Below, piece after piece: positions 47,591 through 58,318 of a stretch of DNA of 64,000 bases. The DNA comes from Candidatus Nomurabacteria bacterium. GTDB taxonomy: Bacteria > Patescibacteriota > Minisyncoccia > Phycocordibacterales > UBA918. The stretch lies in NCBI GenBank assembly GCA_023898585.1, contig CP060229.1, forward strand, positions 594,149-658,148. Direction: 5' to 3'. The position numbers and the translations under genes were made by a program. Under the pieces are notes generated by a model. The model was not told the DNA's origin. It searched no databases and saw only the letters and a list, made by a program, of their open reading frames with translations. Positions within the stretch are counted from its first letter, which is position 1. The number at the start of each line of letters is the position of its first letter.

Positions 47591-47667
47591 TATCATTAAT
47601 GATAGAAAAACTCATCTAATCACCACCTAGTGGCAACTTTAAAAACGTCTATCTATCATTAATGATA
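47591..47667. promoter_or_regulatory. Two further copies of TATCATTAATGATA (47591-47604, 47654-47667) downstream of the HTH gene, before its terminator
   Basis: Exact copies. Centres are about 63 bp apart. Confidence 0.6.
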
Positions 47668-47694
47668 GGTAGTTTGTTTCTAGATTGTGTGAGA

Positions 47695-47724
47695 AGAGCG
47701 CGACCCTTCGGGTCGCGCTTTTTT
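47695..47724 (+). terminator. Intrinsic terminator (AGCGCGACCC-ttcg-GGGTCGCGCT plus TTTTTT) 18 nt before the NADAR gene
   Basis: Perfect 10-bp GC stem, tetraloop and U6. Confidence 0.8.
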
Positions 47725-47742
47725 GTGCTAAGATTTGGAAAT

Positions 47743-48210
47743 ATGTCAGACATTTTTTTAGGCTTGGATTTTGATAAAAATTCAAGCGCACCAATAAACT
47801 TTCTTGAGAATCGATTTCACGATCTGTCACCGTTTTCCGCACTCGAAGTTGAGATTGATGGAGTAAGGTACAAAACAGCTGAACATGCTTATCATGCTTT
47901 ACGTGTGGTCCCTGAAGCACGAACAGAAATCATGAATGCTTCAAGTCCTTTGGAAGCGTGGCGTTTAGCTCAGGTGTGTAAAGAGAAAGACCAGCTAATA
48001 GAACATGATAAAGATGAATTAATGGAGAGAATCTTCCGAGCAAAATTGGCACAGCACGAAAGTGTGAAAGAAGTGTTGTTGCTTACTGGCGAAAGAGAGT
48101 TACTTAAAGTGTTTGATAAAGATTACTATTGGGGAACTGGCTCAGATGGAACTGGTCAAAACAAAATGGGAAAGCTTTGGATGAAACTGCGCGAAGAGAT
48201 ACGAAATTGA
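47743..48210 (+). CDS. NADAR / YbiA-family (DUF1768) protein
   Basis: FLENRFHDLSPFSALEVEIDGVRYKTAEHAYHALRV...AKL fits the YbiA/NADAR pattern (F.......LSNF.....E....Y.S.EH.Y...K). Confidence 0.6.
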   Translation: MSDIFLGLDFDKNSSAPINFLENRFHDLSPFSALEVEIDGVRYKTAEHAYHALRVVPEARTEIMNASSPLEAWRLAQVCKEKDQLIEHDKDELMERIFRAKLAQHESVKEVLLLTGERELLKVFDKDYYWGTGSDGTGQNKMGKLWMKLREEIRN

Positions 48211-48220
48211 CCAACTCTAT

Positions 48221-48757
48221 ATGAATAATTCAGTGAGGTTTATACCATTTTCCAGTAACATAATTTTTTACGACACGGAGTTTTCGTCGCTTGATCCATA
48301 TGTGGGTGAAATCCTGTCCATCGGAGCAGTTAAAATGGATGGTCGGGAGTTTTACTGTGAGCTGGAATACCGTGGTGAATATAGTGAATGGGTCAGAGAA
48401 AACTTATTAGTAACGCTCACCCAACCAAAACTTTCAAGAGAATTAGCCAGACAGAAGCTCTCTGAGTTCGTCGGTAATTCAAAACCTTACGCTCTAGCTT
48501 ACATAAACCAGTTTGATACCATCTATACCAAGAAGCTATTTGTTGGAGAAGGTGAAGAACCCTTCTACTGGTTGCCTTTAGACTTTGCTTCGATTTTGTT
48601 TGGTTTAGGTTATGATCCCGAGGTGTACAAATACGATAACTACACCAAGCTGGCTAAGGATTTGGGAGTTCTTGTGAAAGAGGGGCATACACACAATGCT
48701 TTAGACGACGCCCGTTTTTTAAAGGATGTCTATATGGCATTAATTAACAGAGGTTAA
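48221..48757 (+). CDS. DEDDh 3'-5' exonuclease, oligoribonuclease (Orn)-like
   Basis: Exo I IIFYDTEFSSLD, Exo II YINQFDTIY, Exo III HTHNALDDARFL. Size (178 aa) and block spacing parallel Orn. Confidence 0.65.
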   Translation: MNNSVRFIPFSSNIIFYDTEFSSLDPYVGEILSIGAVKMDGREFYCELEYRGEYSEWVRENLLVTLTQPKLSRELARQKLSEFVGNSKPYALAYINQFDTIYTKKLFVGEGEEPFYWLPLDFASILFGLGYDPEVYKYDNYTKLAKDLGVLVKEGHTHNALDDARFLKDVYMALINRG

Positions 48758-48759
48758 AT

Positions 48760-49434
48760 ATGAATTTTCACATAATCACTATCTTTCCTGAAGTTTGCGA
48801 AGCGTACACGAACGCCAGCGTGCTGGGGCGGGCGCAGAAAACAGAGAAGGGAAAAGGAGCCAAAGTGCGTGGTAAGAAAATTTCGGTCAGTTACTACAAT
48901 CCTCGTGATTATACCGACGACAAGCACAAGAAGGTCGACGACAAACCTTACGGAGGCGGGCCGGGAATGGTGATGAAAGCGGAACCTATTCTTAAGGCGT
49001 GGCAAAAAGCAGTTGGAAGAAAAAAAGATCAGAAAAAAGTGAAAACCCTCATAATGTCCCCTCGCGGTAAACAATTTACCAACGAACTGGCCAAACAATA
49101 TGTCAAAAATTACGACCATCTCGTTCTTATAAGCGGTCGTTATGAAGGTATTGATGCGCGAGTGAAGGAGATTCTCAAAGCCGAGGAGGTGAGTGTCGGT
49201 GACTACATATTAACTGGGGGAGAATTACCCGCCCTTTCTATCGTTGACTCTACCGCGCGTCAAGTAAAAGGGGTGTTAGGCGCCTTTGATTCCCTGGAAG
49301 ACGATCGTGCTACGACCGGAGAAACGTACACCCGTCCTGAGGTGATTGAATACAAAAAGAATAAATTAAAAGTCCCTGATGTTTTTCTCGGGGGCAATCA
49401 CGCAGAGATTGAAAAACGACGAGGTAAAAAGTAA
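48760..49434 (+). CDS. trmD: tRNA (guanine37-N1)-methyltransferase
   Basis: MNFHIITIFPEV...YDHLVLISGRYEGIDARV...ILTGGELPALSIVDS. Contains an inserted K-rich loop. Confidence 0.85.
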   Translation: MNFHIITIFPEVCEAYTNASVLGRAQKTEKGKGAKVRGKKISVSYYNPRDYTDDKHKKVDDKPYGGGPGMVMKAEPILKAWQKAVGRKKDQKKVKTLIMSPRGKQFTNELAKQYVKNYDHLVLISGRYEGIDARVKEILKAEEVSVGDYILTGGELPALSIVDSTARQVKGVLGAFDSLEDDRATTGETYTRPEVIEYKKNKLKVPDVFLGGNHAEIEKRRGKK

Positions 49435-49517
49435 CATGAAATATTACTTCAATAACAACGTAAAAGAGATAATGGCTAAAGGCCGAATGGAGTTTTTGTT
49501 TAGTTAAAATTTAAAAT

Positions 49518-50240
49518 ATGAAAATAATCCTTGGATTCGTAGCAGTGGTTATGGTGGTAGGTTTGTTCGTCTTTATAAATATGGATGCAGACTCTGACTT
49601 GGAAATCGAATCTATAGTCACCACTGAAACGGGAGTAGAAACAGAAGTGGCGTCTTCTATAGAGGGAGATACGCCATCAGTCATGTCGGTAGATGCTAAC
49701 TACGTAGTGGTGGCAGAAAAAAGTGAAATCAATTGGTCCGGCAAAAAGCCTTTAATTGAAGGCTATATAAATTCCGGTTCTCTAGCGGTGAATAAAGGAG
49801 ATGTTTTAGTTTCCGCTGGTACAGCGACAGGGGAATTCGAAATAGACATGAATTCCTTAACTGTGAGCGAAACTAAAGCCAAGCCAGGGAAGGAATCTTT
49901 GTTGGAAAGTCATTTGAAAGGAGAAGGTTGGTTTAGTGTGGCAGAATTTCCTGTCGCCACATTCGAAATCATTGAAGCAACGGCAGATGTGAACGGCGAG
50001 AGCAATACTTACAACGTCCGAGGAGCTTTGACCATGAAGGGACAGACACACGAACTCACATTCCCGGCAGAGATCTATTTGAACAGCGACGGTCAACTGC
50101 AAGCCGATGCTACTTTTGAGTTTGACCGCACCCAGTGGGGAATTACCGCTGGCTCTGGGTCTTTCTTTGATAATCTGGCTGATAACGTTGTTGACGATAT
50201 GGTCTCTCTCACTTTTTCCTTGGTGGCTGAGAAAAAATAG
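49518..50240 (+). CDS. YceI-like periplasmic/lipid-binding domain protein with N-terminal TM anchor
   Basis: INWSGKK...GEFEIDMNSLTV...GEGWFSVAEFPVATF...VRGALTMKGQTHELTF fits the YceI fold pattern. Confidence 0.6.
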   Translation: MKIILGFVAVVMVVGLFVFINMDADSDLEIESIVTTETGVETEVASSIEGDTPSVMSVDANYVVVAEKSEINWSGKKPLIEGYINSGSLAVNKGDVLVSAGTATGEFEIDMNSLTVSETKAKPGKESLLESHLKGEGWFSVAEFPVATFEIIEATADVNGESNTYNVRGALTMKGQTHELTFPAEIYLNSDGQLQADATFEFDRTQWGITAGSGSFFDNLADNVVDDMVSLTFSLVAEKK

Positions 50241-50546
50241 AATTTACGTTTGCTGTCAACAGTCGTTGCTATTGCAAAAACTATAAACTCCTGTATACTT
50301 TCGCCCACAAACGCAAGTCAATGCGATCTCGAATGAGTTCTGGGAGTGAGATACTTTGCCGCGGGGTAAATGAACTTTCCAGCGCAATAATATTTTTTTA
50401 AATGTTATTTTTTGTTGTCAGTTCAAATAAATCACTGTCGTGATGCATTTATTCATCGGGTAAAAATTAAAAGTAAAAAAATGCGCGTCCGCGCGATTTT
50501 TGGGTTGTAGTCAATTCGTTTTATCCAAATTAATTATTTGTTTTTT

Positions 50547-53500
50547 ATGAGCAAAAAAGAACTGTCGGTTGGGCAATTGCCACAAAAGATCTTTGCGAAA
50601 GCTTCGGCGCCTCGTATCCCATTACCTGACCTTATCGAACCGCAACGCGAATCATACAAATGGTTTGTAGAGACTGCACTGAAAGAAATTTTCACTGAGT
50701 TTTCACCTATATCTGATTATTCAGAGAAGAAGTTTGAAATGCAGTTTAAAAAATATGAGCTCGGTGCACCAAAATATTCACCCGAATTCGCTCGTGAAAA
50801 CAAACGCACCTACGAAGCACCCCTGCGTGCAACGGTTGTTTTGAAAAACAAAACTTTCAATAGTGCCAAAGACCAGGAAATCTTCATGTCCGACATCCCG
50901 GTCATGACCGACAATGGAACTTTCATCATAAACGGAGTGGAAAGAGTCATTGTGCCTCAGTTGGCGAGAAGCTACGGTATTTTCTTTACCACCAATGAGT
51001 CTAAAGGAAAAACTTACTTTGGAGCTAAAATCATCCCGGCTCGCGGAGCTTGGGTTGAAATCGAATCCGAAGCCGATGGAATAATTTATGTAAAAATCGA
51101 CCGTAAAAAGAAGTTTCCTATTACTTCACTTCTTAGAGTTTTGGGAGTTGATGAAGACAAAGAAATGGTCAAGCTCATGAAGGGTGTTGAGCGTGGTCCT
51201 GAGTATATCAAGGCTACCTTGGAAAAAGACCCTGCTAAAACCAAAGACGAGGCTTACGTCGAAATCTACAAACGTCTTCGAGATGGTGATTTGGCGACTG
51301 TCGATAATGCCCGAGAATTTGTTGATTCAATATTTTCACCAGAACGTTATGACTTGTCTGAAATCGGTCGTCATCACTTCAATGGACGATTCGGTCTTCC
51401 GACCGACGCGAAAGCAACCGCCGAAAGAACTGTTTCGATTGAGGACTTGCGATTGATAATCACCCAGATCATCAACTCAAATCATGATAATCAGGCTCTG
51501 CCCGACGATATCGACCATCTCGGTTTTCGCCGAGTCAGGTATTTTGGTGAAATGCTTCAACAGCGAGTTCGAGTGGGAATGACTCGCATGAAGCGAAACA
51601 TTCAAGACAGAATGTCTACTATCGAAGCGGAAACGTCACTCCCTATGCAAATAATCAACCCTCGCCCGCTCCAAGCTGCTATCAAAGAATTTTTCACCAC
51701 CAACCAGCTTTCACAGTTTTCTCAGCAACAAAACATCTTGGCTGAAGTTGAGCACCTACGCACACTATCGGCCCTCGGCCCGGGCGGACTCACAAGAGAA
51801 AGAGCCGGTTTTGAAGTGCGTGACGTTCACCCTTCCCACTACGGAAGACTTTGTCCAATCCATACTCCGGAAGGACCGAACATCGGTTTGATCCTTCGGC
51901 TTTCCATGTATTCCCGAGTTAATCGTTTCGGTATTATCGAGACCCCGTACATGAAAGTGGTCAAAGGTAAGTTGACTGATGAAATCGTTTACATGAATGC
52001 TCACGAGGAAGAAGGTCACACTATCGCTCATGCTGCTATCGAGGTTGATGATAAAGGTAAAATCAAAAAGGAATTTGTCGAAGCTAGAATGAAAGGTGAA
52101 CCGAGAGTGGTACCAAGGGAAAATGTTGATTATATCGACGTGGCAACCAACCAGCCGTTTTCTGTCGCGACATCAATGATCCCGTTCTTGAACCACGATG
52201 ACGCCAACCGTACTCTCATGGGTTCAAACATGCAGAAGCAGTCTACACCTTGTGTTATCCAAGAAGCACCGATCGTAGCAACCGGAGTGGAGGGAATGTC
52301 TGCGCGTGATGTCGGTAGAGTGCTCTACGCGGAAGAGGCGGGTGAGGTAACTGTCGCAGACGCTCGAATGATCGTGGTGAAGGGTAAGAGTGGTAAAGGT
52401 AAAGAGTACCCGCTTACGCAATTGCAAAGGACAAATGATTTTTCCGCTTTCCAACATCGACCGGCAGTTTCTGTCGGACAGAAAGTAAAGAGAGGAGACT
52501 TACTTGCCGACACGACTTCGACCGATAACGGTCAGATCGCGGTTGGGCAAAATGCCATGGTGGCGTTTCTGAGCTGGAACGGAGCAAACTACGAAGACGC
52601 GATTATCATTTCCGAAAGATTGGTCAAGAAGAGTAAGTTCTCCAGCATTCACCTTGATGAACTTGAGGTAGCAGTACGAGACACCAAGCTTGGACCGGAA
52701 GTGACCACTCCCGATATTCCCAACGTTTCGGAATTGAAACTGAGAAATTTGGATGAAAGTGGAATAATCAGAATCGGAGCAGAGGTCAGGCCGGGCGATA
52801 TTCTCGTCGGTAAAGTGACTCCGAAAGGCGAAACTCAACTTACCCCCGAGGAGCGATTGTTAAGATCAATCTTTGGAGAAAAGGCTAAAGATGTAAAAGA
52901 TACCTCGCTTCGCTTGGAAGCCGGAAAGAGAGGGCGTGTCATAGGAGTAAAAATCTTTTCCCGAGAAAACGGTGATCAACTGGAAAGCGGTGTTATTAAG
53001 AAAATACATATCACAGTCGCACAAGTTAGAAATGTTTCGGTCGGAGATAAATTAGCTGGTCGTCACGGAAACAAGGGTGTTATCTCTCGAATTCTTCCGG
53101 AGGAAGACATGCCATACACGGAAGATGGTACACCGGTTGATATTCTTTTGACTCCGCTTGGTGTGCCGTCACGTATGAACCTGGGTCAGATTCTTGAGTT
53201 GCATTTAGGAATGGCCGCCAACACCCTTGGCTACCAAGCAATAGTGCCTCCATTTGCCGGAGCTTCGGAAGATGATGTTAAGAAAGAACTGGAAGAAGCC
53301 GGTTTTTCAACCGACGGAAAAATTCAACTGCGAGACGGTCTTACCGGTGAAAAATTTGCACAGAAGACGGCAGTTGGATACATGTATATTCTCAAGCTTC
53401 ATCACATGGTAGAAGACAAAATTCACATGCGATCCATTGGTCCGTACTCACTTATTACCCAACAGCCACTTGGCGGAAAGGCCCAAATCGGCGGACAACG

Positions 53501-53750
53501 TTTTGGAGAAATGGAAGTTTGGGCTCTTCTTGGATACGGAGCCGCTTACACGCTACGAGAAATGCTTACTATCAAGTCTGACGATATCGTGGGCCGAAGC
53601 GCAGCTTTTGACGCGATTGTGCGAGGCGAGAAGATCTCCCATCCGCACACTCCCGCAGCATTCAATGTATTGTTGAATCAGCTTCGTGGTTTGGTACTTG
53701 ATGTGAAACTGGATAAAGAAGAAGTCCGACGTAATTATGAATCATCTTAA
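50547..53750 (+). CDS. rpoB: DNA-directed RNA polymerase beta subunit
   Basis: Full-length collinear match to conserved RpoB blocks (GRHGNKGV, NMQRQ-like regions). Confidence 0.95.
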   Translation: MSKKELSVGQLPQKIFAKASAPRIPLPDLIEPQRESYKWFVETALKEIFTEFSPISDYSEKKFEMQFKKYELGAPKYSPEFARENKRTYEAPLRATVVLKNKTFNSAKDQEIFMSDIPVMTDNGTFIINGVERVIVPQLARSYGIFFTTNESKGKTYFGAKIIPARGAWVEIESEADGIIYVKIDRKKKFPITSLLRVLGVDEDKEMVKLMKGVERGPEYIKATLEKDPAKTKDEAYVEIYKRLRDGDLATVDNAREFVDSIFSPERYDLSEIGRHHFNGRFGLPTDAKATAERTVSIEDLRLIITQIINSNHDNQALPDDIDHLGFRRVRYFGEMLQQRVRVGMTRMKRNIQDRMSTIEAETSLPMQIINPRPLQAAIKEFFTTNQLSQFSQQQNILAEVEHLRTLSALGPGGLTRERAGFEVRDVHPSHYGRLCPIHTPEGPNIGLILRLSMYSRVNRFGIIETPYMKVVKGKLTDEIVYMNAHEEEGHTIAHAAIEVDDKGKIKKEFVEARMKGEPRVVPRENVDYIDVATNQPFSVATSMIPFLNHDDANRTLMGSNMQKQSTPCVIQEAPIVATGVEGMSARDVGRVLYAEEAGEVTVADARMIVVKGKSGKGKEYPLTQLQRTNDFSAFQHRPAVSVGQKVKRGDLLADTTSTDNGQIAVGQNAMVAFLSWNGANYEDAIIISERLVKKSKFSSIHLDELEVAVRDTKLGPEVTTPDIPNVSELKLRNLDESGIIRIGAEVRPGDILVGKVTPKGETQLTPEERLLRSIFGEKAKDVKDTSLRLEAGKRGRVIGVKIFSRENGDQLESGVIKKIHITVAQVRNVSVGDKLAGRHGNKGVISRILPEEDMPYTEDGTPVDILLTPLGVPSRMNLGQILELHLGMAANTLGYQAIVPPFAGASEDDVKKELEEAGFSTDGKIQLRDGLTGEKFAQKTAVGYMYILKLHHMVEDKIHMRSIGPYSLITQQPLGGKAQIGGQRFGEMEVWALLGYGAAYTLREMLTIKSDDIVGRSAAFDAIVRGEKISHPHTPAAFNVLLNQLRGLVLDVKLDKEEVRRNYESS

Positions 53751-53755
53751 TTTCT

Positions 53756-56700
53756 GTGCTTATGTCTAATGAATCAACATTCAAAAAAACAGATTTCAAA
53801 AAACCACCGGTAATTCCAACAAATTACACAGGAGTGAGTTTGAAACTGGCTAATCCAGAAACCATTCTCGATTGGTCTTGGGGAGAAGTAACAAAGCCGG
53901 AGACGATCAACTATCGTACACAACGTCCGGAAAAGCACGGTCTTTTCGATGAGCGAATTTTCGGACCGGTTGAAGATTATGAGTGTTCTTGCAAGAAATA
54001 TCGCGGTATCAGATATAAGGGGATTGTCTGTGAAAAGTGTGGAGTGGAGATTACGCGTTCGATTGTGAGAAGGGAACGTATGGGTCATATCGACCTTTGT
54101 GTACCCGTGTCACACATTTGGTTTTTGCGGGGTGTGCCGAGCCGAATCGCCATGATCCTCGGTATCACCGCGTCGGCAGTGGAAAAAGTCATCTACTTTG
54201 CAGGATACATTGTGACGAGTGTCAGTGAACAAGACCGAGTTAGAATTCTAGGAGAACTGGAAACCGAGTTCAAAGCCAAGCTCAAAACTTTGCAAAATGA
54301 GGAAGCGAGGGACGCTCTAAAAGCACGAGCCGACGAAACTAAAAAAGAGATCGAAAGCATTACCCAAGGAGTGGTGCTTGATGAAGCGACTTTCCATAAG
54401 TTTTCAATCAAGTATAGTACTTTGTTCGAAGCAAAAATCGGGGCTGAAGCAATCTATGAAGTGTTTAAGCAAATCGACCTCGCCAAATTGTGTGAAGAAT
54501 TGGAAGACAGGTACACCAAAGCTGGCGCGATGGAGAGAGCGAAATTGGATAAGCGACTGGCCCTTATTCGTGGAATGTTGAATGCCGGCGTGAGACCCGA
54601 ATGGCTCTTTTTGGTTCGTATTCCGGTCGTTCCTCCAGCTATCCGACCAATGGTTGCTCTCGAAGGTGGACGACACGCTTCTTCAGACCTAAACGATCTC
54701 TACAGACGCGTGATCAACCGAAACAACCGACTAAAGAAATTGATAGATATCCAAGCTCCGGACGTGATTCTTCGCAACGAAAAAAGAATCATGCAGGAGG
54801 CGGTCGACGCTTTGATTGATAACTCGATTCGTCATGGTGGCGGTGCTTATTCTGTCATGAGTCAGGCGCAACGACGTCCCCTGAAGTCACTTTCCGATTA
54901 TCTAAAAAGTAAACAAGGTTACTTCCGACAGAACTTGCTCGGTAAGCGAGTCGACTACTCTGGACGTTCGGTGATTGTTATTGGTCCTGAATTGGCGCTC
55001 GATCAGTGTGGTCTACCAAAACACATGGCACTTGAATTATTCAGACCGTTTGTTATTGCCGAACTCTTAAAACAAGAACTGGCCTATAACATACGCGGTG
55101 CCGGGCGATTGATCGAAGATGGAGTGCCGGAAGTGTGGGCTATTTTGGAAGATATTATCAAGAAGAAATATGTGATGCTAAACCGTGCGCCGACTCTTCA
55201 CCGACAAGGTATCCAGGCGTTCCGACCGGTTCTTATTGAAGGAAATGCTATCCAGGTTCACCCATTGGTTTGTCGTGCCTTTAATGCCGACTTCGACGGT
55301 GACCAGATGGCGGTACATGTACCTCTTTCCGACGAGGCGCAAATGGAAGCCAAAGAGATAATTTCAGCAAACAAGAATATTTTGAAACCCGGATCTTCCG
55401 AGCCGGTTGTTTCTGAAAAACTTCTCGATATGGCTCTTGGTGCGTACTGGATGACCAAAATCGTCAAAGGTGCAAAAGGGGAAGGAAAATACTTTTCTTC
55501 ACCAAATGATGCGATCAATGCTTACGATTACGGTGTGATTGATTTCCGCGCTAAAGTGCAAGTGCTTGCCACGAATACTCCAAAGTACGCCCAGTACGAA
55601 GAAAAACTGTTTGAAACATCAGTCGGTAGGTTGCTTTTCAACTCAGTTTTACCGAGTGACCATCCTTTTATCAATGAAGTGATTGTACAAAAGACACTCT
55701 TCCAAATAATCATTGACATTATTGACGACCGCGGGGCTGAAGCCGTGCCGGCAATCGTAGATAAGCTTAAAAAGTTTGGTTTTCGATACGCCACAAAATC
55801 GGGTGTTACTTGGGGAATCGATGATGTGATTGTGCCGGAACAAAAGCAAGCGATTATAGAAGAAGCGCGTGTTGAAGAGAGGGAAATCATCAGTCATTAC
55901 GAAGAAGGTCTTATTTCCCGAGATGAGAGACGACGCATGATTGTAGAAATCTGGCATCGCGCCAAGACAGAGATTGAAAGTGTTCTTCCTGATACACTTA
56001 GTGAAGATGGTTCTGCTTACGAAATGTGGAAGTCAGGCGCGAGAGGTTCGCTCGGACAAATTGCGCAGATGGCGGGTATGAAAGGACTGATCGTTAACAC
56101 CCGAGGTGAAACTTTGGAGTTCCCAGTACTTTCTTCCATGAAGGAGGGTATGACACCGATTGAGTACTTCAACACGACTCACGGTTCTAGAAAAGGTCTT
56201 GCCGACACCGCACTACAGACCGCTAAAGCCGGTTACTTGACCAGACGTCTCTTCGTTGTTGCTCAAGATGCTATTGTCACTGAAGCGGATTGTAAGACTA
56301 AAGCGGGAATCAACATCAATCGCATTTCAGCTTCAGGAATAGAGATTGCTTTTTCAAAGGCGATTAAAGGACGCATCTTGGCTGAAGACGTGCTCGATAA
56401 AAAGGGCAACGTCATATTCAAGAAAGGCCATCTGCTTTCTCGTCGTGACGCAATTGCGGTTGAGGATTCTACTTGTGAATCTTTAGTGGTTAGATCTCCG
56501 ATGACTTGTAAGACAATGCGTGGTGTTTGTCAGAAATGTTACGGAATTGATTTGACAACCAATGACATTGTAGATATCGGAGAGGCGGTCGGAACCGTGG
56601 CTGCGCAGGCGATCGGAGAGCCTGGTACTCAGCTTACTATGAACACTAAACACGCCGGAGGTGCAGCTACGGTTGGTGGAGACGTAACTCAAGGTCTTCC

Positions 56701-57445
56701 GCGTGTTGAGGAAGTGTTTGAAAAAAGGCAACCAAAAATACCGTGTGTTATTTGTAAATACACTGGTGTTGTGACCGACATAAGAACCGAAGGTCGTGAC
56801 AAAGTGATTGTGGTTGCCCCCGACATGACTGCTGAAGGCGCTCCCAAAAAGAAGGATAATACCGAATACGAGGTCAACCATCGACGCGTCGCCATGGTGT
56901 CGAAAGGCGATTCAGTGGTGGCTGGTCAAATGTTGACCGATGGTTCCGCTCTTCTTCCGGAGCTCTTCAAGTACGGAGGACAGGAAGTTACCCAGGATTA
57001 TATTATTTCCGAAGTTAACAAGATTTACGAACTGCAGGGTGTAACGATTTCACGAAAGCATATTGAGTTGATTGTCAAACAAATGATGTCGAGAGTTAAG
57101 ATCACTCACCGAGGAGACAGTCCGTTTACGGTCGGTGAAATTGTAGAAGAATGGATTATGGTGGATACCAACAAGAAGCTTAAAGAGGAAGGAAAAGATG
57201 TTGCTAAGGGTGAGCGACTCATCATGGGTATTACTGAAACTTCACTTTCCAGAAAGAGTTTTCTTTCAGCTGCCTCGTTCCAGAACACCACTCGCGTTTT
57301 GATCAACGCTGCGGTCAGAGGAAGTAACGATAACCTAGCCGGGTTAATGGAAAACGTAATTATTGGAAAATTGATACCGGCCGGATCAGGTTTTGAAGGA
57401 AGCAATAAACACAAGATGATTGAGGAGTTGCAAGCTCGTCAGTAA
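53756..57445 (+). CDS. rpoC: DNA-directed RNA polymerase beta' subunit
   Basis: Zn-finger CxxC...CEKC and [12 protein letters not shown] (catalytic DFDGD). Confidence 0.95.
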   Translation: MLMSNESTFKKTDFKKPPVIPTNYTGVSLKLANPETILDWSWGEVTKPETINYRTQRPEKHGLFDERIFGPVEDYECSCKKYRGIRYKGIVCEKCGVEITRSIVRRERMGHIDLCVPVSHIWFLRGVPSRIAMILGITASAVEKVIYFAGYIVTSVSEQDRVRILGELETEFKAKLKTLQNEEARDALKARADETKKEIESITQGVVLDEATFHKFSIKYSTLFEAKIGAEAIYEVFKQIDLAKLCEELEDRYTKAGAMERAKLDKRLALIRGMLNAGVRPEWLFLVRIPVVPPAIRPMVALEGGRHASSDLNDLYRRVINRNNRLKKLIDIQAPDVILRNEKRIMQEAVDALIDNSIRHGGGAYSVMSQAQRRPLKSLSDYLKSKQGYFRQNLLGKRVDYSGRSVIVIGPELALDQCGLPKHMALELFRPFVIAELLKQELAYNIRGAGRLIEDGVPEVWAILEDIIKKKYVMLNRAPTLHRQGIQAFRPVLIEGNAIQVHPLVCRAFNADFDGDQMAVHVPLSDEAQMEAKEIISANKNILKPGSSEPVVSEKLLDMALGAYWMTKIVKGAKGEGKYFSSPNDAINAYDYGVIDFRAKVQVLATNTPKYAQYEEKLFETSVGRLLFNSVLPSDHPFINEVIVQKTLFQIIIDIIDDRGAEAVPAIVDKLKKFGFRYATKSGVTWGIDDVIVPEQKQAIIEEARVEEREIISHYEEGLISRDERRRMIVEIWHRAKTEIESVLPDTLSEDGSAYEMWKSGARGSLGQIAQMAGMKGLIVNTRGETLEFPVLSSMKEGMTPIEYFNTTHGSRKGLADTALQTAKAGYLTRRLFVVAQDAIVTEADCKTKAGININRISASGIEIAFSKAIKGRILAEDVLDKKGNVIFKKGHLLSRRDAIAVEDSTCESLVVRSPMTCKTMRGVCQKCYGIDLTTNDIVDIGEAVGTVAAQAIGEPGTQLTMNTKHAGGAATVGGDVTQGLPRVEEVFEKRQPKIPCVICKYTGVVTDIRTEGRDKVIVVAPDMTAEGAPKKKDNTEYEVNHRRVAMVSKGDSVVAGQMLTDGSALLPELFKYGGQEVTQDYIISEVNKIYELQGVTISRKHIELIVKQMMSRVKITHRGDSPFTVGEIVEEWIMVDTNKKLKEEGKDVAKGERLIMGITETSLSRKSFLSAASFQNTTRVLINAAVRGSNDNLAGLMENVIIGKLIPAGSGFEGSNKHKMIEELQARQ

Positions 57446-57462
57446 TCAATAAGCGCTGTAGA

Positions 57463-57499
57463 AAATCGGCCGGATGTAAAACATCCGGCCGATTTTCAT
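57463..57499 (+). terminator. Strong intrinsic terminator after rpoC
   Basis: AAAATCGGCCGGATG-taaaa-CATCCGGCCGATTTT. Confidence 0.8.
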
Positions 57500-57529
57500 A
57501 ATAATCAACACCCGAGTACAAGTTGGTTT

Positions 57530-58213
57530 TTGAGTCATGCTAAAATCTTTTTTATGGAAGAAGTGGAAGTTTTACTTGAACTTTGGGAGTATTTTTTACC
57601 TGTCCTCGTAGCGGCTCTGGCCGGTGGTCTTATTGGTATAGAGCGTGAGTATCGAGACAAAAGTGCCGGTTTTCGGACGATGATTTTGATTGCTGTCGGT
57701 TCCGCTTTGTTTACTATTTTATCAACGACGATCGCCGGACCAAAAGGAGAAATGACCAGAATAGCGGCCGGTGTGGTAAGCGGTGTCGGGTTCTTGGGAG
57801 CCGGGGCGATATTAAAAGATGGCATAACGATAAAAGGGCTAACTACCGCCGCTTCTATTTGGCTCGTTGCTTCGCTTGGTATGGGGGCTGGTGCGGGAGA
57901 ATTTGCTTTAGTCGGCGCCGTTACTCTACTGATTCTTATTGTCCTCTGGGCATTACCGCCTTTCGAAAGATGGCTGGATCGATTGCATGAGTTTATTGAG
58001 ATTCATATAACCATTAAGAATTCGGATGAAGATGAAGACGAAATCTTGGATATTTTTGATGAGTGCAAGATAAAGGTTGTTCAGATTACCCGTTCAAGAG
58101 TGGTCAAAGGGGAGAGGATAGTCCATATCAAAGCGAAAATGACCCCTCAAAAAAGAACGACTCTCAGTGAAATATTGGTCAATGAAAAAGTCGTCCTAGC
58201 ATTTGAGTCTTAG
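57530..58213 (+). CDS. MgtC/SapB-family membrane protein
   Basis: GGLIGIEREYRDKSAGFRTMILIAVGSALFT is the MgtC signature region. Has a C-terminal ACT-like tail. Confidence 0.7.
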   Translation: MSHAKIFFMEEVEVLLELWEYFLPVLVAALAGGLIGIEREYRDKSAGFRTMILIAVGSALFTILSTTIAGPKGEMTRIAAGVVSGVGFLGAGAILKDGITIKGLTTAASIWLVASLGMGAGAGEFALVGAVTLLILIVLWALPPFERWLDRLHEFIEIHITIKNSDEDEDEILDIFDECKIKVVQITRSRVVKGERIVHIKAKMTPQKRTTLSEILVNEKVVLAFES

Positions 58214-58318
58214 TTTATTCCGCAAAAATACCCCGTCCTGTCAGGGCACGGTAGTTCATTTTTAAAAGCCCCGTTGGTGACGAGGCTTTCTTTTTTTTGT
58301 CGTAGATAGAGACAGGAT

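Noticed and set aside
47061-47725. Mobile element (IS/MITE) interpretation of the palindrome-flanked HTH gene
   Set aside because: No transposase or integrase. The flanking sequences are self-complementary operators, not terminal inverted repeats with target-site duplications. A strong terminator lies inside the putative element boundary. The regulatory interpretation is simpler.
50538-57445. Numerous 60-130-aa antisense or out-of-frame ORFs inside rpoB/rpoC (and similarly inside dnaE, gyrB, thrS, pheT, SMC)
   Set aside because: They are embedded in strongly conserved genes on the opposite strand or in alternative frames. Typical ORF-finder noise.
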